From the NCBI GenBank assembly GCA_964367815.1, contig CAYIYR010000006.1, forward strand, positions 1 through 62,503: DNA of 62,503 nucleotides, in the 5' to 3' direction. This DNA is from an uncultured Eubacteriales bacterium. GTDB taxonomy: Bacteria; Bacillota_I; Bacilli_A; RFN20; UBA1709. The first letter of the stretch is position 1. The number at the start of each line of letters is the position of its first letter. Positions 9,133 to 18,887 of the stretch are shown here, piece by piece. The notes beneath the pieces are model-generated. The model saw only the letters and a program-made list of their open reading frames with translations, did no database searches and was not told the origin of the DNA. The translations under genes and the position numbers were made by a program.

Positions 9133-10521
9133 ATGGAAAAAGTTAAGAACGGTATTGAAAAGTTCTTTAGAATCAAGGAACGCAATACCACAATAGCCCG
9201 TGAGCTCATTGGTGGACTCACAATCTTTCTAGCCATGGTCTACATCCTACCTGTCAACTCGTTTATGCTCGGTACGCTTGATGGTTCATCAATTGGTGGT
9301 GTATTTGCTGCCACAGCAATCAGTGCAGCTATCGCAACGCTAATTATGGGCTTATATGCCAACTTCCCAGTTGCACTCGCTCCGGGAATGGGTGTCAATG
9401 CCTTCTTTACTTACACTGTTTGTATGGGTCTAGGTTTCACCTATGGTGAAGCTTTAGCGGCAACTCTAGTAAGTGGTGTTATCTTTATTGTAATTTCCTT
9501 AACACCATTAAGAACAATCGTCTTAAAAGCAATTCCAAAGAATCTTAAGTTAGCTGTTGGTGCTGGTATTGGTTTCTTCATTTGTTTCATTGGTTTAAAG
9601 AATGCTGGCATTGTTACTGCTAATGCATCAACCTTTGTTTCAATCGGTGACCTCTCACAACCTGTCATCCTCTTGGGGTTATTCGGAATTGTTTTAGTTT
9701 TAGTCCTGAGTTTTGTTAAGTCTAAGATTAGTCGTTTTGCAGTCATTATTTCTATGTTAATTGTCGCTGTCATTGGTGGAATTCTAAACCTTTGCGGCGT
9801 TGCTAATATGCCAAGCTTTGTTGGTCAAAACATTGGTTCTGTCAGTGAACTTTCTACCACTTTTGGTGCTTGTTTCAAAGGCTTTACTACTATTTTCGCT
9901 AAACCACAAACTTACGCTATTATCTTTAGTTTCTTATTTGTTGATTTCTTTGATACCGCTGGTACTTTAGTCGCTGTTGGTACACAAGCAAATCTTGTTA
10001 CTCCTCAAGGCGAAGTTACCGATTCAAAGAAAGCTTTACTTGCTGACTCGGTTGGTACCGTTGTTGGTGCGGTATTTGGTACCTCCACAGTTACATCCTA
10101 TGTTGAATCAACTACTGGTATTGAAGGAGGATCAAGAACTGGCTTAACCTCAGTTACTACTGCAGTTCTCTTCCTACTATCATTATTTGCTTATCCAATC
10201 TTTGGTATCTTCGGTAGCGTTATGATTAATGGCGTCGCCTTCTCACCCGTTACTTCCTTAGCACTAGTCTATGTGGGAACGTTAATGTTCAAACAGCTAA
10301 AGGATCTTGATTGGAAAGACAGTGCTGCTATTGCATCAGTCTTTATCGTTTTGATGTTTATGGTTGTTGGCTATTCCATCTCTATTGGAATTATCTTTGG
10401 TTTCCTCAGTTATATCATTGTTATGTTGGCTTCTGGAAGGCACAAAGAAGTATCACCAATTATGTATGGACTTGGCGTTTTATTCATCATCGATTTGATT
10501 ATTGAACACTTTGTTTTTTAG
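9133..10521 (+). CDS. pbuG: NCS2/AzgA-family guanine/hypoxanthine permease
   Basis: APGMGVNAFF, FFDTAGTL, YVESTTGIEGGSRTGLTS; lies behind a guanine riboswitch. Confidence 0.88.
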   Translation: MEKVKNGIEKFFRIKERNTTIARELIGGLTIFLAMVYILPVNSFMLGTLDGSSIGGVFAATAISAAIATLIMGLYANFPVALAPGMGVNAFFTYTVCMGLGFTYGEALAATLVSGVIFIVISLTPLRTIVLKAIPKNLKLAVGAGIGFFICFIGLKNAGIVTANASTFVSIGDLSQPVILLGLFGIVLVLVLSFVKSKISRFAVIISMLIVAVIGGILNLCGVANMPSFVGQNIGSVSELSTTFGACFKGFTTIFAKPQTYAIIFSFLFVDFFDTAGTLVAVGTQANLVTPQGEVTDSKKALLADSVGTVVGAVFGTSTVTSYVESTTGIEGGSRTGLTSVTTAVLFLLSLFAYPIFGIFGSVMINGVAFSPVTSLALVYVGTLMFKQLKDLDWKDSAAIASVFIVLMFMVVGYSISIGIIFGFLSYIIVMLASGRHKEVSPIMYGLGVLFIIDLIIEHFVF

Positions 10522-10549
10522 GATTTGCCACTGGCAAATCCTTTTTTTT
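10521..10549 (+). terminator. Intrinsic terminator between the two permease genes
   Basis: GGATTTGCC-act-GGCAAATCC + T-run. Confidence 0.8.
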
Positions 10550-10578
10550 GAGAAAAAAAGAAAGAGAGGAAAAGTATT

Positions 10579-11946
10579 ATGGAAAAGATGTTAATTGGTA
10601 TTCGTGAAAAGCCGAAAACTGGCAAGTGGCTAGTGTTGAGTCTCCAGCATGTTTTTGCCATGTTTGGGGCAACAGTTTTAGTCCCGATGCTCACAGGTCT
10701 ATCGATCTCTGTCGCTCTATTTGCTTCTGGTGTGGGAACTCTTATTTACATTATTTGTACAAAAGCTAAGGTTCCAGTTTATCTTGGGAGTTCTTTTGCC
10801 TACATTTCCGTTATTGTTGCAGTAAGTGGTTTTGTGGCCGCTACTGGAAGCACACCAGCTGTTCCTGGCAACTATGGAGCGGTAATGACTGGTTTACTTG
10901 GTGTCGGAATTGTTTATGTAATTATCGCTTTGGTAATAAAAAAAGCAGGAACTAAGTGGCTTAATCGTTTACTACCACCAGTTGTAATCGGTCCAATGAT
11001 TGCAATTATCGGTTTAAGTTTAGCGGGAAGTGCTGTCAGCAATGCCGGTTTCATTAGTGGTGGCAACTGGAGATTATGGCTGATTGCTCTCACTTCCTTT
11101 ATCACCGTTGTTATTGTTTCGCTATATGCCAAAGGGTTTTGGAAGATTATTCCTTTCCTTCTAGGTATTGTCACTGGTTATATAATGGCAATTATTCTTG
11201 GTCAAGTTGATTATTCAGCATTTATTAATGTTATTAAAACTCCTAGTCAATGGTTTAAAATCCCTAATTTCATGTTCTTAAGTTATAAGGATGCTACCAC
11301 AAATGTATTAGGAACTGAGATTACATTTAATAAAATAAATTTAACTGCCTTGATTACCATCATGCCAATCGCTTTTGTGACTGCTTGTGAGCATATTGGT
11401 GATCATGCGGTATTGAGTAAAATCACCGGACAGAATTTCCTAGAAGATCCTGGATTAGATCGGACACTGATGGGTGATGGTATTGCTACTGGTGTAGCCG
11501 CCTTAATTGGTGGTCCTGCTAACACCACCTACGGTGAGAACACCGCCGTGGTTGGTATGTCAAAAGTAGCCTCGGTCTATGTTACTGGACTAGCGGCTAT
11601 TATGGCGATAATCTTATCTTTCTGTAATATCTTTGTTTCCTTGATTAGTACTATCCCGGCTAGTGTAATGGGTGGAATTACGATTATTCTTTATGGCTTT
11701 ATCGCAGGAAATGGTTTGAAAGTGTTGGTTGATAATAAAGTTGACTTGAGTAAAACCAAGAATATCATTATTGTTTCAGCAATGATGGTTTTGGGCATTG
11801 GCGGAGCGGTTATCGGCAAAGGAAGTTTCACTTTATCCGGCATGAGTTTCGCCGCTATTGTCGGCATTATTCTGAATCTAGTTTTAAAAGAAAAGGGTAA
11901 TAAAGAAGAGGTTGAAGATATTTCAAGCATCGTTAAAAAAGACTAA
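10579..11946 (+). CDS. pyrP: Uracil permease (NCS2, UraA/PyrP)
   Basis: LQHVFAMFGATVLVP, YLGSSFAY, EHIGD, GGPANTTYGEN. Confidence 0.88.
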   Translation: MEKMLIGIREKPKTGKWLVLSLQHVFAMFGATVLVPMLTGLSISVALFASGVGTLIYIICTKAKVPVYLGSSFAYISVIVAVSGFVAATGSTPAVPGNYGAVMTGLLGVGIVYVIIALVIKKAGTKWLNRLLPPVVIGPMIAIIGLSLAGSAVSNAGFISGGNWRLWLIALTSFITVVIVSLYAKGFWKIIPFLLGIVTGYIMAIILGQVDYSAFINVIKTPSQWFKIPNFMFLSYKDATTNVLGTEITFNKINLTALITIMPIAFVTACEHIGDHAVLSKITGQNFLEDPGLDRTLMGDGIATGVAALIGGPANTTYGENTAVVGMSKVASVYVTGLAAIMAIILSFCNIFVSLISTIPASVMGGITIILYGFIAGNGLKVLVDNKVDLSKTKNIIIVSAMMVLGIGGAVIGKGSFTLSGMSFAAIVGIILNLVLKEKGNKEEVEDISSIVKKD

Positions 11947-11969
11947 AAAAGCCCCTAAGGGCTTTGTCT

Positions 11970-12713
11970 CTAGTCGATATGATTTTTAATCCACAATTCT
12001 AGTTTTTCTTGGTTAGATAGCATTCTTAAGAAATTGCTGCGAGCCTCCGGATAGCGATGGTATAATTCTTGCAGTAACTCTTTCATACTCTCACGTTCAG
12101 TATGCTTGTCATTGGGACAAGTTGAAGCGACCACTGGTATATTGCTAGTTCTAACCGTACTTTTAATATCTTTTTCTCGGGCATATAATAAGGGCCTTAT
12201 AAAAGTTAACTTCTCTCTTGATAGTTCCATTTTGGGTTTAAATGTAGCGATGCGTCCACCATAGATAGCATTTAACAATAGCGTTTCTATGGCATCATCA
12301 CCATGATGAGCGAAAGCGACTTTATTACAATTAAATTCATGAGCTGCTTTACAAATAGCAGCTTTTTTCATCTTTGAGCAAATAGAACAGGGGAGTTTAC
12401 CTTTGTTGGTTAAGTGAAGCTTAAGCACTTCATAAATCATCGGTTCGGAAGGAACCTGGTGAAACTCAATTCCATTGTTATCAAAGAAGTCTTTAACCGG
12501 CTGAAAATCCATGGGCGGAAAACCCATAACAATATTAATACAAACTATTTCATAGTTCTTTTTAGAAAAAAACTTGTAGAGGCGGAGTGCTTCAGCAAGA
12601 CACATTGAATCCTTGCCACCGGAAATTCCGATAGCAATTCGATCGCCATCCTCTATAAAGTCATAATCGATATCGGCTTTTTTGATACAACCAAGTATCT
12701 TTGACATGGGCAT
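11970..12713 (-). CDS. ttcA: TtcA-family tRNA thiolation PP-loop ATPase
   Basis: SGGKDS PP-loop, CSICSKMKK, HHGDDAIET, IRPL; start moved to ATG 12713 (AGGTGG RBS). Confidence 0.8.
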   Translation of the reverse strand: MPMSKILGCIKKADIDYDFIEDGDRIAIGISGGKDSMCLAEALRLYKFFSKKNYEIVCINIVMGFPPMDFQPVKDFFDNNGIEFHQVPSEPMIYEVLKLHLTNKGKLPCSICSKMKKAAICKAAHEFNCNKVAFAHHGDDAIETLLLNAIYGGRIATFKPKMELSREKLTFIRPLLYAREKDIKSTVRTSNIPVVASTCPNDKHTERESMKELLQELYHRYPEARSNFLRMLSNQEKLELWIKNHID

Positions 12714-12804
12714 TTTATCACCACCTGTTGAAATTATATATGACATTCAAAAAAATATAAAGAATAGTTTTCGCAAAAAAGGTATAATAATACCGGTGAA
12801 GCAA

Positions 12805-13650
12805 ATGGATAAAGTTTTTTTAGTTAACAAGCCCATCGGTATTACAAGCTTTGATGTGGTATATAAACTTAGAAAGTCTTTGAATATCAAGCGCATTGGT
12901 CATACAGGTACGCTTGATCCTTTTGCCGATGGATTATTAATCATTTGTGCTGGTGAAGCCACTAAAATCTGTCGCTTTATTGAAGAGGAGAGTAAGACCT
13001 ATCTAGCTACTCTAAAATTAGGTGTTCGGACTGATACCGGTGATTTGACTGGTAAAATAATTGAAGAAAAGCCTCAGGAATGCATAGATGTTTCTTCTAT
13101 TAAGATGACTCTAGATAGTTTTATTGGTTATAGTGAGCAAATACCACCTATGTATTCAGCTATTAAAGTTAATGGCAAGAAGCTTTATGAGTTGGCACGA
13201 AAAGGTGAAGAAATTGAGCGGAAACCACGAAGGATATTAATTGATAGTATCAGTTTAATATCATATAAAGATAATACTATATGTTTTGAAGTGAGCTGTT
13301 CTAAGGGAACTTATATTCGAACCTTAGCAGAAGATATAGCACTTCGTTTGGGCACTGTTGGTCATTTAACAAATCTAACTAGAACTAGAATTGGTGGGAA
13401 TTATCTTAAAAGTGCGAAAAGCATAGATGAAATAACAGAAAATGATGGTATAAGCATATCAGAAGCGCTTATTATGCCTCATATAATTGCTACGCCAGAG
13501 CAAGCAGCAGATATTAAAAATGGCAAAAAAGTTGAATTAGACAATCAAGGCGAGTATATTCTTTTTGTAAGCAACAATCAGATTCCTCTAGCAATCTATA
13601 AACGTCTAGAAGGAAAGTATGCTTGTGAGAGAGGCTTTAATATATGCTAG
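12805..13650 (+). CDS. truB: tRNA pseudouridine(55) synthase
   Basis: GHTGTLDPFADG, QIPPMYSAIKVNGKKLYELAR, CSKGTYIRTL; likely start ATG 12805. Confidence 0.96.
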   Translation: MDKVFLVNKPIGITSFDVVYKLRKSLNIKRIGHTGTLDPFADGLLIICAGEATKICRFIEEESKTYLATLKLGVRTDTGDLTGKIIEEKPQECIDVSSIKMTLDSFIGYSEQIPPMYSAIKVNGKKLYELARKGEEIERKPRRILIDSISLISYKDNTICFEVSCSKGTYIRTLAEDIALRLGTVGHLTNLTRTRIGGNYLKSAKSIDEITENDGISISEALIMPHIIATPEQAADIKNGKKVELDNQGEYILFVSNNQIPLAIYKRLEGKYACERGFNIC

Positions 13651-14534
13651 TTAAATACATTAAGTTACCTATCAAAGAAGAATTACCCGCTTGTGTTTTA
13701 GGAATCGGTTATTTTGATGGCGTTCATTTGGGCCATCAAGAACTAATAAATAAAGTGATTAGTCAGGCTCGTAGCATGAATTTGCCAGCCGCTATATTTA
13801 CTTTCAATCCTTCAATAGATGTTGTCCTTGGACGCCCTTTTATAGGTGAGATAACACCTTTAAATGCACGTCTAAAGAAGTTTGAACAACTAGGGCTAGA
13901 TATCGCCTATGTGTTTTCATTTGATATCGATATTGCCAAGCTTAGCGATGATGATTTTATCAATAAGATTCTAAAACCAATGAATATTGCGGAGATTATT
14001 TGCGGAAAAGATTTTCATTATGGTTTTTGTGGCAAAGGAAATATCGAAAAATTAAGTCAGAGAATCGCAACTGAAGCGATTGATTTTTTGATGATTGATG
14101 GGCAAAAGATCTCATCAACAAGCATAATAAATATGATTAGGAATGGCGAGGTTTCTTTGCTGCCCAAGTATCTTGGCGATTATTATACTATTGATAGTCA
14201 TGTTATCAGGGGGAAAGGTAACGGACACAAGATTGGATTTCCAACTGCAAACATTGATTATGAAGGATATGTGTTGCCAAAGAGTGGTGTCTATTCAGTG
14301 AGTGTAGAAGTCGAAAACACCATCTATGATGGTGTTGCTAATGTTGGTTGTCATCCAACTATAGATCCTAATGATAAAGAAACTATTGAAGTATATATTC
14401 TGAACTTTTCGAAAAACATCTACGGGGCAGAGATAAAAGTCAAATTCTTGCGCTATATTCGAGAAGAACACAAATTTTCTGATGTAGAAAATCTAAAAAA
14501 TCAAATAAATTTAGATACTTTTTTCAATTTTTAG
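13644..14534 (+). CDS. ribF: Bifunctional riboflavin kinase/FAD synthetase
   Basis: GYFDGVHLGHQ, ISSTSI, GFPTAN; follows truB. Confidence 0.95.
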   Translation: MLVKYIKLPIKEELPACVLGIGYFDGVHLGHQELINKVISQARSMNLPAAIFTFNPSIDVVLGRPFIGEITPLNARLKKFEQLGLDIAYVFSFDIDIAKLSDDDFINKILKPMNIAEIICGKDFHYGFCGKGNIEKLSQRIATEAIDFLMIDGQKISSTSIINMIRNGEVSLLPKYLGDYYTIDSHVIRGKGNGHKIGFPTANIDYEGYVLPKSGVYSVSVEVENTIYDGVANVGCHPTIDPNDKETIEVYILNFSKNIYGAEIKVKFLRYIREEHKFSDVENLKNQINLDTFFNF

Positions 14535-14590
14535 GTTGATTTTAGCATTTTTATTCATTATAATAAAAATATGATAAAGGATGTGTTGCT

Positions 14591-16054
14591 ATGAAAAAAG
14601 CTTTGAAGATAATTTTAGGTATTCTATGGGCCATTGCCGTAATTGGCTTTGTGTTGATATTTATTGTTCCAGCAGTAAAATCATTTTTACTCCCATATTA
14701 TAAGTGGATTTTTACTGCGGTTGTTGCTCTAACTGCTATTTGGATTGTTATATTTGGTATTGATCTTTATCGGCATGAAGTCGGTTCTGCTATCAAGGGT
14801 AATATTAAGTATCATCGCGAGAGAAATCCAAGAGAAATCGATGTTAATGAAGAAGATTCTCAAGATATTTATACCAACTTTGAACGTGCAGAGTTTGCTC
14901 CTAAAGTCAAGGGTCCATACGACAAAGTCGTATTAGCACATCCAAATGGTTATCCAAAACCAGAGCCTGAAGAGGAAGAAGAAGTTATTCCAGCTGTTGA
15001 AGAAAAAGTCGAACCAGTTGTTGAGGAAACCCCAGCAGTTGAGGAAACTCCAGCGGTTGAGGAAACTCCAGTAGTTGAGGAAACTCCAGTAGTTGTGGAA
15101 ACTCCAGTAGTTGAGGAAACTCCAGCGGTTGAGGAAACTCCAGCAGTTGAAGAAACTCCAGTAGTTGAGGAAACTCCAGCGGTTGAAGAAGCTCCAGCGG
15201 TTGAGGAAACTCCAGCAGCTGTGGAAACTCCAGTAGTTGAGGAAACTCCAGCAGTTGAAGAAACTCCAGTAGTTGTGGAAACTCCAGTTGTTGTGGAAAC
15301 TCCAGTTGCTGCAAAACCAAAGGAATTAATTCCTTTACATGCAAAAGAAACAACAACCTTTGATTTATGGTCAGGCAATACTGTCTTTGTTTCGGAAGGC
15401 TGGCTTGATTACCTCAAAGTTGAGGGAAGTAAGAAATACTATAAAGATATGATGGCTTTTGTCCAAGAAGTCTATGACAGCGGAAAACTCTGCTATCCTG
15501 AAAGAAATGACATTTTTAAAGCCTTTGAATATACTGATTTAGATAATGTCAAAGTTGTTATTATTGGTAAGATTCCATTCTATCGTAAGGATCAGGCTGA
15601 TGGTTTAGCATTCTCTACTTCCAAAGCTCAGAAGCCAAATCAAACTACAACCGTTATTATTAATGAAGCAATTAAAGATGTTGGCATTAAACCAGTTACT
15701 CATGGCAGCTTAGTTAATTGGGCTCGTGAAGGTGTTCTCTTATTGAATTCAACTCTCACAGCACCAGCTGATAAACCAGCTTCACACTGTGAATGTGGTT
15801 GGGTCAAGTTTACTGATGGCATTATTGATAAGCTTATCAAAGATAAGAAACCAAAAGTGTTTGTCCTTTGGGGCGAGCATGCAAGAAGTTATGTTGAGAA
15901 AGTTCAAAGAAATCCAATTCATATGATTATTGAAGCACCGAACCCATCACCACTATCAGCGGCCAATGGTTTCTATGGAAGTAAGCCATTCTCAAGAATT
16001 AATGAATATTTAATCGCCCATGGCTATACTCCAATTAATTGGGAATTAGATTAA
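14591..16054 (+). CDS. Membrane-anchored protein: 2 TM + acidic repeat linker + degenerate (probably inactive) family-1 uracil-DNA glycosylase domain
   Basis: Two N-terminal hydrophobic helices; VEETP(A/V) repeats; C-terminal ~220 aa carry UNG motifs VKVVIIG, GLAFS, WAREGVLLLN, SH..GW..FTD, VFVLWG, PSPLSA..GF, PINW, but with GKIPFY and NPSPLS. Confidence 0.85.
   Translation: MKKALKIILGILWAIAVIGFVLIFIVPAVKSFLLPYYKWIFTAVVALTAIWIVIFGIDLYRHEVGSAIKGNIKYHRERNPREIDVNEEDSQDIYTNFERAEFAPKVKGPYDKVVLAHPNGYPKPEPEEEEEVIPAVEEKVEPVVEETPAVEETPAVEETPVVEETPVVVETPVVEETPAVEETPAVEETPVVEETPAVEEAPAVEETPAAVETPVVEETPAVEETPVVVETPVVVETPVAAKPKELIPLHAKETTTFDLWSGNTVFVSEGWLDYLKVEGSKKYYKDMMAFVQEVYDSGKLCYPERNDIFKAFEYTDLDNVKVVIIGKIPFYRKDQADGLAFSTSKAQKPNQTTTVIINEAIKDVGIKPVTHGSLVNWAREGVLLLNSTLTAPADKPASHCECGWVKFTDGIIDKLIKDKKPKVFVLWGEHARSYVEKVQRNPIHMIIEAPNPSPLSAANGFYGSKPFSRINEYLIAHGYTPINWELD
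15020..15307 (+). repeat. Coding minisatellite, 16 x 18 nt (GTTGAGGAAACTCCAGCA/GCG/GTA), encoding VEETP(A/V)
   Basis: Units counted directly from the sequence; in frame, no spacers. Confidence 0.95.
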
Positions 16055-16061
16055 TATTTAC

Positions 16062-16090
16062 TTGCGCTTTTCAAAAAAAACAAGTATTAT
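16062..16090 (+). promoter_or_regulatory. SigA-type promoter of rpsO
   Basis: TTGCGC-17 nt-TATTAT. Confidence 0.6.
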
Positions 16091-16097
16091 TATAAAG

Positions 16098-16185
16098 CGG
16101 GTTTAGAAACCCAGAAACTTATTCTATGTTTATCGCGTCTCCAACGATTCACTTGGATTAAGCTAAAATAAAAAGAAGGAGGAAA
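16098..16185 (+). ncRNA. Probable S15 (rpsO) leader autoregulatory RNA
   Basis: ~90-nt 5' UTR with ATCGCGTCTCCAACGATTCACTTGG core, resembling the Firmicutes rpsO leader as recalled. Confidence 0.5.
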
Positions 16186-16190
16186 ATCTT

Positions 16191-16460
16191 ATGGCAGTTT
16201 CAAAAGAAAGAGTCAAAGAACTAGTAGTCAAATTTGGTAAAGATGAAAATGATTCTGGTTGCACCGAAGTTCAAATCGCTTTGATGACCGAACAGATTAA
16301 TGATCTTACCGAACACTTAAAAGTTCACAAGCATGACAATCATTCTCGTAGAGGATTATTAGTCTTGGTTGGTAAAAGAAGAGGACTACTTGATTACTTG
16401 AAGAAAGTTAGTCAAGAACGTTACGTTAAAGTTATTAATGAATTAAATATCAGAAAGTAA
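16191..16460 (+). CDS. rpsO: 30S ribosomal protein S15
   Basis: [26 protein letters not shown]. Confidence 0.98.
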   Translation: MAVSKERVKELVVKFGKDENDSGCTEVQIALMTEQINDLTEHLKVHKHDNHSRRGLLVLVGKRRGLLDYLKKVSQERYVKVINELNIRK

Positions 16461-16464
16461 TGTC

Positions 16465-16490
16465 AAAGCCAGTGCAAACTGGCTTTTTTT
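16465..16490 (+). terminator. Intrinsic terminator
   Basis: AAAGCCAGT-gcaa-ACTGGCTTT + T-run. Confidence 0.8.
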
Positions 16491-16578
16491 GTGTCTTTGT
16501 GGCATAAACTAAAGAAAATATATATTTTCTCTTTTAGATATGTTACAATAAATAAGTTAAAATAAACGAGGTGAAAGA

Positions 16579-18735
16579 ATGCCAAAAAAAGTATTCACAA
16601 AAGAGTTTTGTGGAAAGACCCTGACAGTCGAGGTTGGGGAAATTGCTAAGCAAGCTGCTGGATCAGCATTGATTCGTTATAACGAATCCGTTATTCTATC
16701 AACTGCTTGTGCAAAAGATGAGCCGAAAATGGATGTGGACTTCTTCCCATTAACTGTTAGTTTTGAAGAAAAACTATATGGTGTTGGAAAGATTCCTGGA
16801 AGCTTTTTACGTAGAGAGGGAAGACCAAGTGAGCATGCTACTTTAACTAGTAGATTAATTGATAGACCACTTCGTCCTTTATTCCCAGAAGGTTTCCGTA
16901 ATGAAGTTCAAGTAGTTAATACCGCATTATCTGTCGATCATAGTGCTAGCCCAGAAATGGCTGCTATGTTCGGTGCTTCCTTAGCATTATGTATTTCTGA
17001 TATTCCTTTCAGCGGACCAATCGCTGGTGTGATAGTTGGAAGAGTTAATGGCAAATTTGTTATTAATCCAACTCCTGAAGAAATGGAATTATCTGATGTC
17101 GATTTGAAAGTTGCTGGTACCTATACCGCTATCAACATGGTTGAAGCTGGTGCTAAAGAAGTCAGTGAAGATGTCATGTTAGATGCAATCATGTTTGGAC
17201 ATGAGAAAATTAAGGAACTAATTGATTTTGAAAATGAAATCATTAAAGAAGTAGGAGTTCCAAAAAGAGAAATAGAACTATATCAAATTGATGAGACACT
17301 CCGCAAGGAAGTTGAATCACTTTGCAAAGATCGTTTAATTTCTGCTGTTAGAATTAAAGAGAAATTAGACAGATATGGTGCAATCGATAAGATCAACGAA
17401 GAGATTGTTGCCAAATATGAAGAAAAAGAATACAAAGATGAAGCCACTAAGAAATTTACACTTAGACAGGTTAATGATATCTTAGGTGATATTGTCAAAG
17501 ATGAGTTTAGAAGATTGGTCACGGTTGACAAGATTAGACCAGACGGTCGTAAACTCGATGAGATTAGACCATTAAATGCTCAAATTGATTTATTGCCAAG
17601 AGTCCATGGTTCCGCAATGTTCACTAGAGGTGAAACGCAAGTTATCTCTGCTTGTACATTAGGACCAGCTAATGATTATCAAATTATTGATAACATTACT
17701 GATGATGAGCAAAAACGCTTTATGCATCAATATAATTTCCCACCATTCTCCGTTGGTGAAACGGGAAGAATGGGTTCCCCAGGCCGCAGAGAAATCGGTC
17801 ATGGTGCCTTAGGTGAGAGAGCATTAAGTCAAGTAATTCCTTCAGTTGAAGAATTCCCTTATACCATCAGAGTCGTGGCTGAAGTTGTTGAATCAAACGG
17901 TTCTTCTTCCCAAGCTTCAATTTGTGCATCCACCATGTCATTAATGGCTGCTGGTGTTCCAATTAAAGCTCCTGTCGGTGGTATCGCTATGGGTTTGATT
18001 ACTAGTGGACCAATCGAAGAGGGTGCGCCATACACTATCTTAACTGATATTCAAGGTATGGAAGACCATCTAGGTGATATGGACTTTAAAGTTGCTGGTA
18101 CTAGAGAAGGTATCTGTGCCTTACAAATGGATATCAAAATTCTTGGAATCAACAAAGATATCTTAAAGGAAGCCTTAGCGCAAGCTAAGAAAGCAAGAAT
18201 GCAGATTCTTGATGTTATCGAAGAAGCCATTCCAGCCCCAAGAGATAAAGTTAGTAAATATGCACCAAAGATTAAGAAGATGCAAATCGATATCGATAAG
18301 ATTCGTGATGTTATTGGCCCGGGCGGCAAGAAAATTAATGAGATTATCGCAGCTTGTGATGATGTCAAGATTGACATTGAACAAGATGGTAGCATCGTGA
18401 TTTACCACCAAGAATATGAACCAATTGAGAAAGCCGCTAAGATGATTGAAGATATCACCAGAGTGGCGAAAGTTGGCGAGATTTATGAGGGTAAAGTTAC
18501 AAGAATTGAAGCCTATGGAGCCTTTGTGGAATTGTTCCCTGGCTGTGAAGGTATGGTTCACGTTTCTAAACTAGCCTATGAGAGAATTGCTCATCCAAAA
18601 GATATTCTCAAATTAGGTGACAAGATCAAGGTTATTGTTACCGGCATTGATGAAAAGGGAAAAGTCGCTCTATCAAGAAAAGACTTATTACCAAAACCAC
18701 CAAGAGTCGATAAACCGGCCACACCAAAAGAATAA
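16579..18735 (+). CDS. pnp: Polyribonucleotide nucleotidyltransferase
   Basis: [37 protein letters not shown] and S1 domains. Confidence 0.98.
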   Translation: MPKKVFTKEFCGKTLTVEVGEIAKQAAGSALIRYNESVILSTACAKDEPKMDVDFFPLTVSFEEKLYGVGKIPGSFLRREGRPSEHATLTSRLIDRPLRPLFPEGFRNEVQVVNTALSVDHSASPEMAAMFGASLALCISDIPFSGPIAGVIVGRVNGKFVINPTPEEMELSDVDLKVAGTYTAINMVEAGAKEVSEDVMLDAIMFGHEKIKELIDFENEIIKEVGVPKREIELYQIDETLRKEVESLCKDRLISAVRIKEKLDRYGAIDKINEEIVAKYEEKEYKDEATKKFTLRQVNDILGDIVKDEFRRLVTVDKIRPDGRKLDEIRPLNAQIDLLPRVHGSAMFTRGETQVISACTLGPANDYQIIDNITDDEQKRFMHQYNFPPFSVGETGRMGSPGRREIGHGALGERALSQVIPSVEEFPYTIRVVAEVVESNGSSSQASICASTMSLMAAGVPIKAPVGGIAMGLITSGPIEEGAPYTILTDIQGMEDHLGDMDFKVAGTREGICALQMDIKILGINKDILKEALAQAKKARMQILDVIEEAIPAPRDKVSKYAPKIKKMQIDIDKIRDVIGPGGKKINEIIAACDDVKIDIEQDGSIVIYHQEYEPIEKAAKMIEDITRVAKVGEIYEGKVTRIEAYGAFVELFPGCEGMVHVSKLAYERIAHPKDILKLGDKIKVIVTGIDEKGKVALSRKDLLPKPPRVDKPATPKE

Positions 18736-18742
18736 GTTGATT

Positions 18743-18767
18743 AGGAGTAGCTTGCTACTCCTTTTTT
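18743..18767 (+). terminator. Intrinsic terminator
   Basis: AGGAGTAG-cttg-CTACTCCT + T-run. Confidence 0.8.
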
Positions 18768-18887
18768 ATGCAATAAATCATTTAAATCGTTGTGAATTGT
18801 AAGCTTGGTCTTTCTTTTTTCTTTGATTTATGAAAAAATAGTGATTATACCGTGTCATAATAGATGAACGGTTCTTGAGGACAAGCA

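Noticed and set aside
8918-9236. ORFs 8918-9118 and 9045-9236
   Set aside because: They overlap the riboswitch and the permease start; non-coding or shadow.
15020-15307. Repeat array as a CRISPR
   Set aside because: Units are contiguous with no unique spacers, lie in frame within a CDS, and no cas genes are present.
14950-15378. Antisense ORFs 14950-15378 and 14985-15356
   Set aside because: Shadows created by the stop-free 18-nt repeat; no RBS.
14591-16054. Annotating the gene simply as ung
   Set aside because: Catalytic Asp and His are replaced and the protein has TM helices, so the symbol was withheld.
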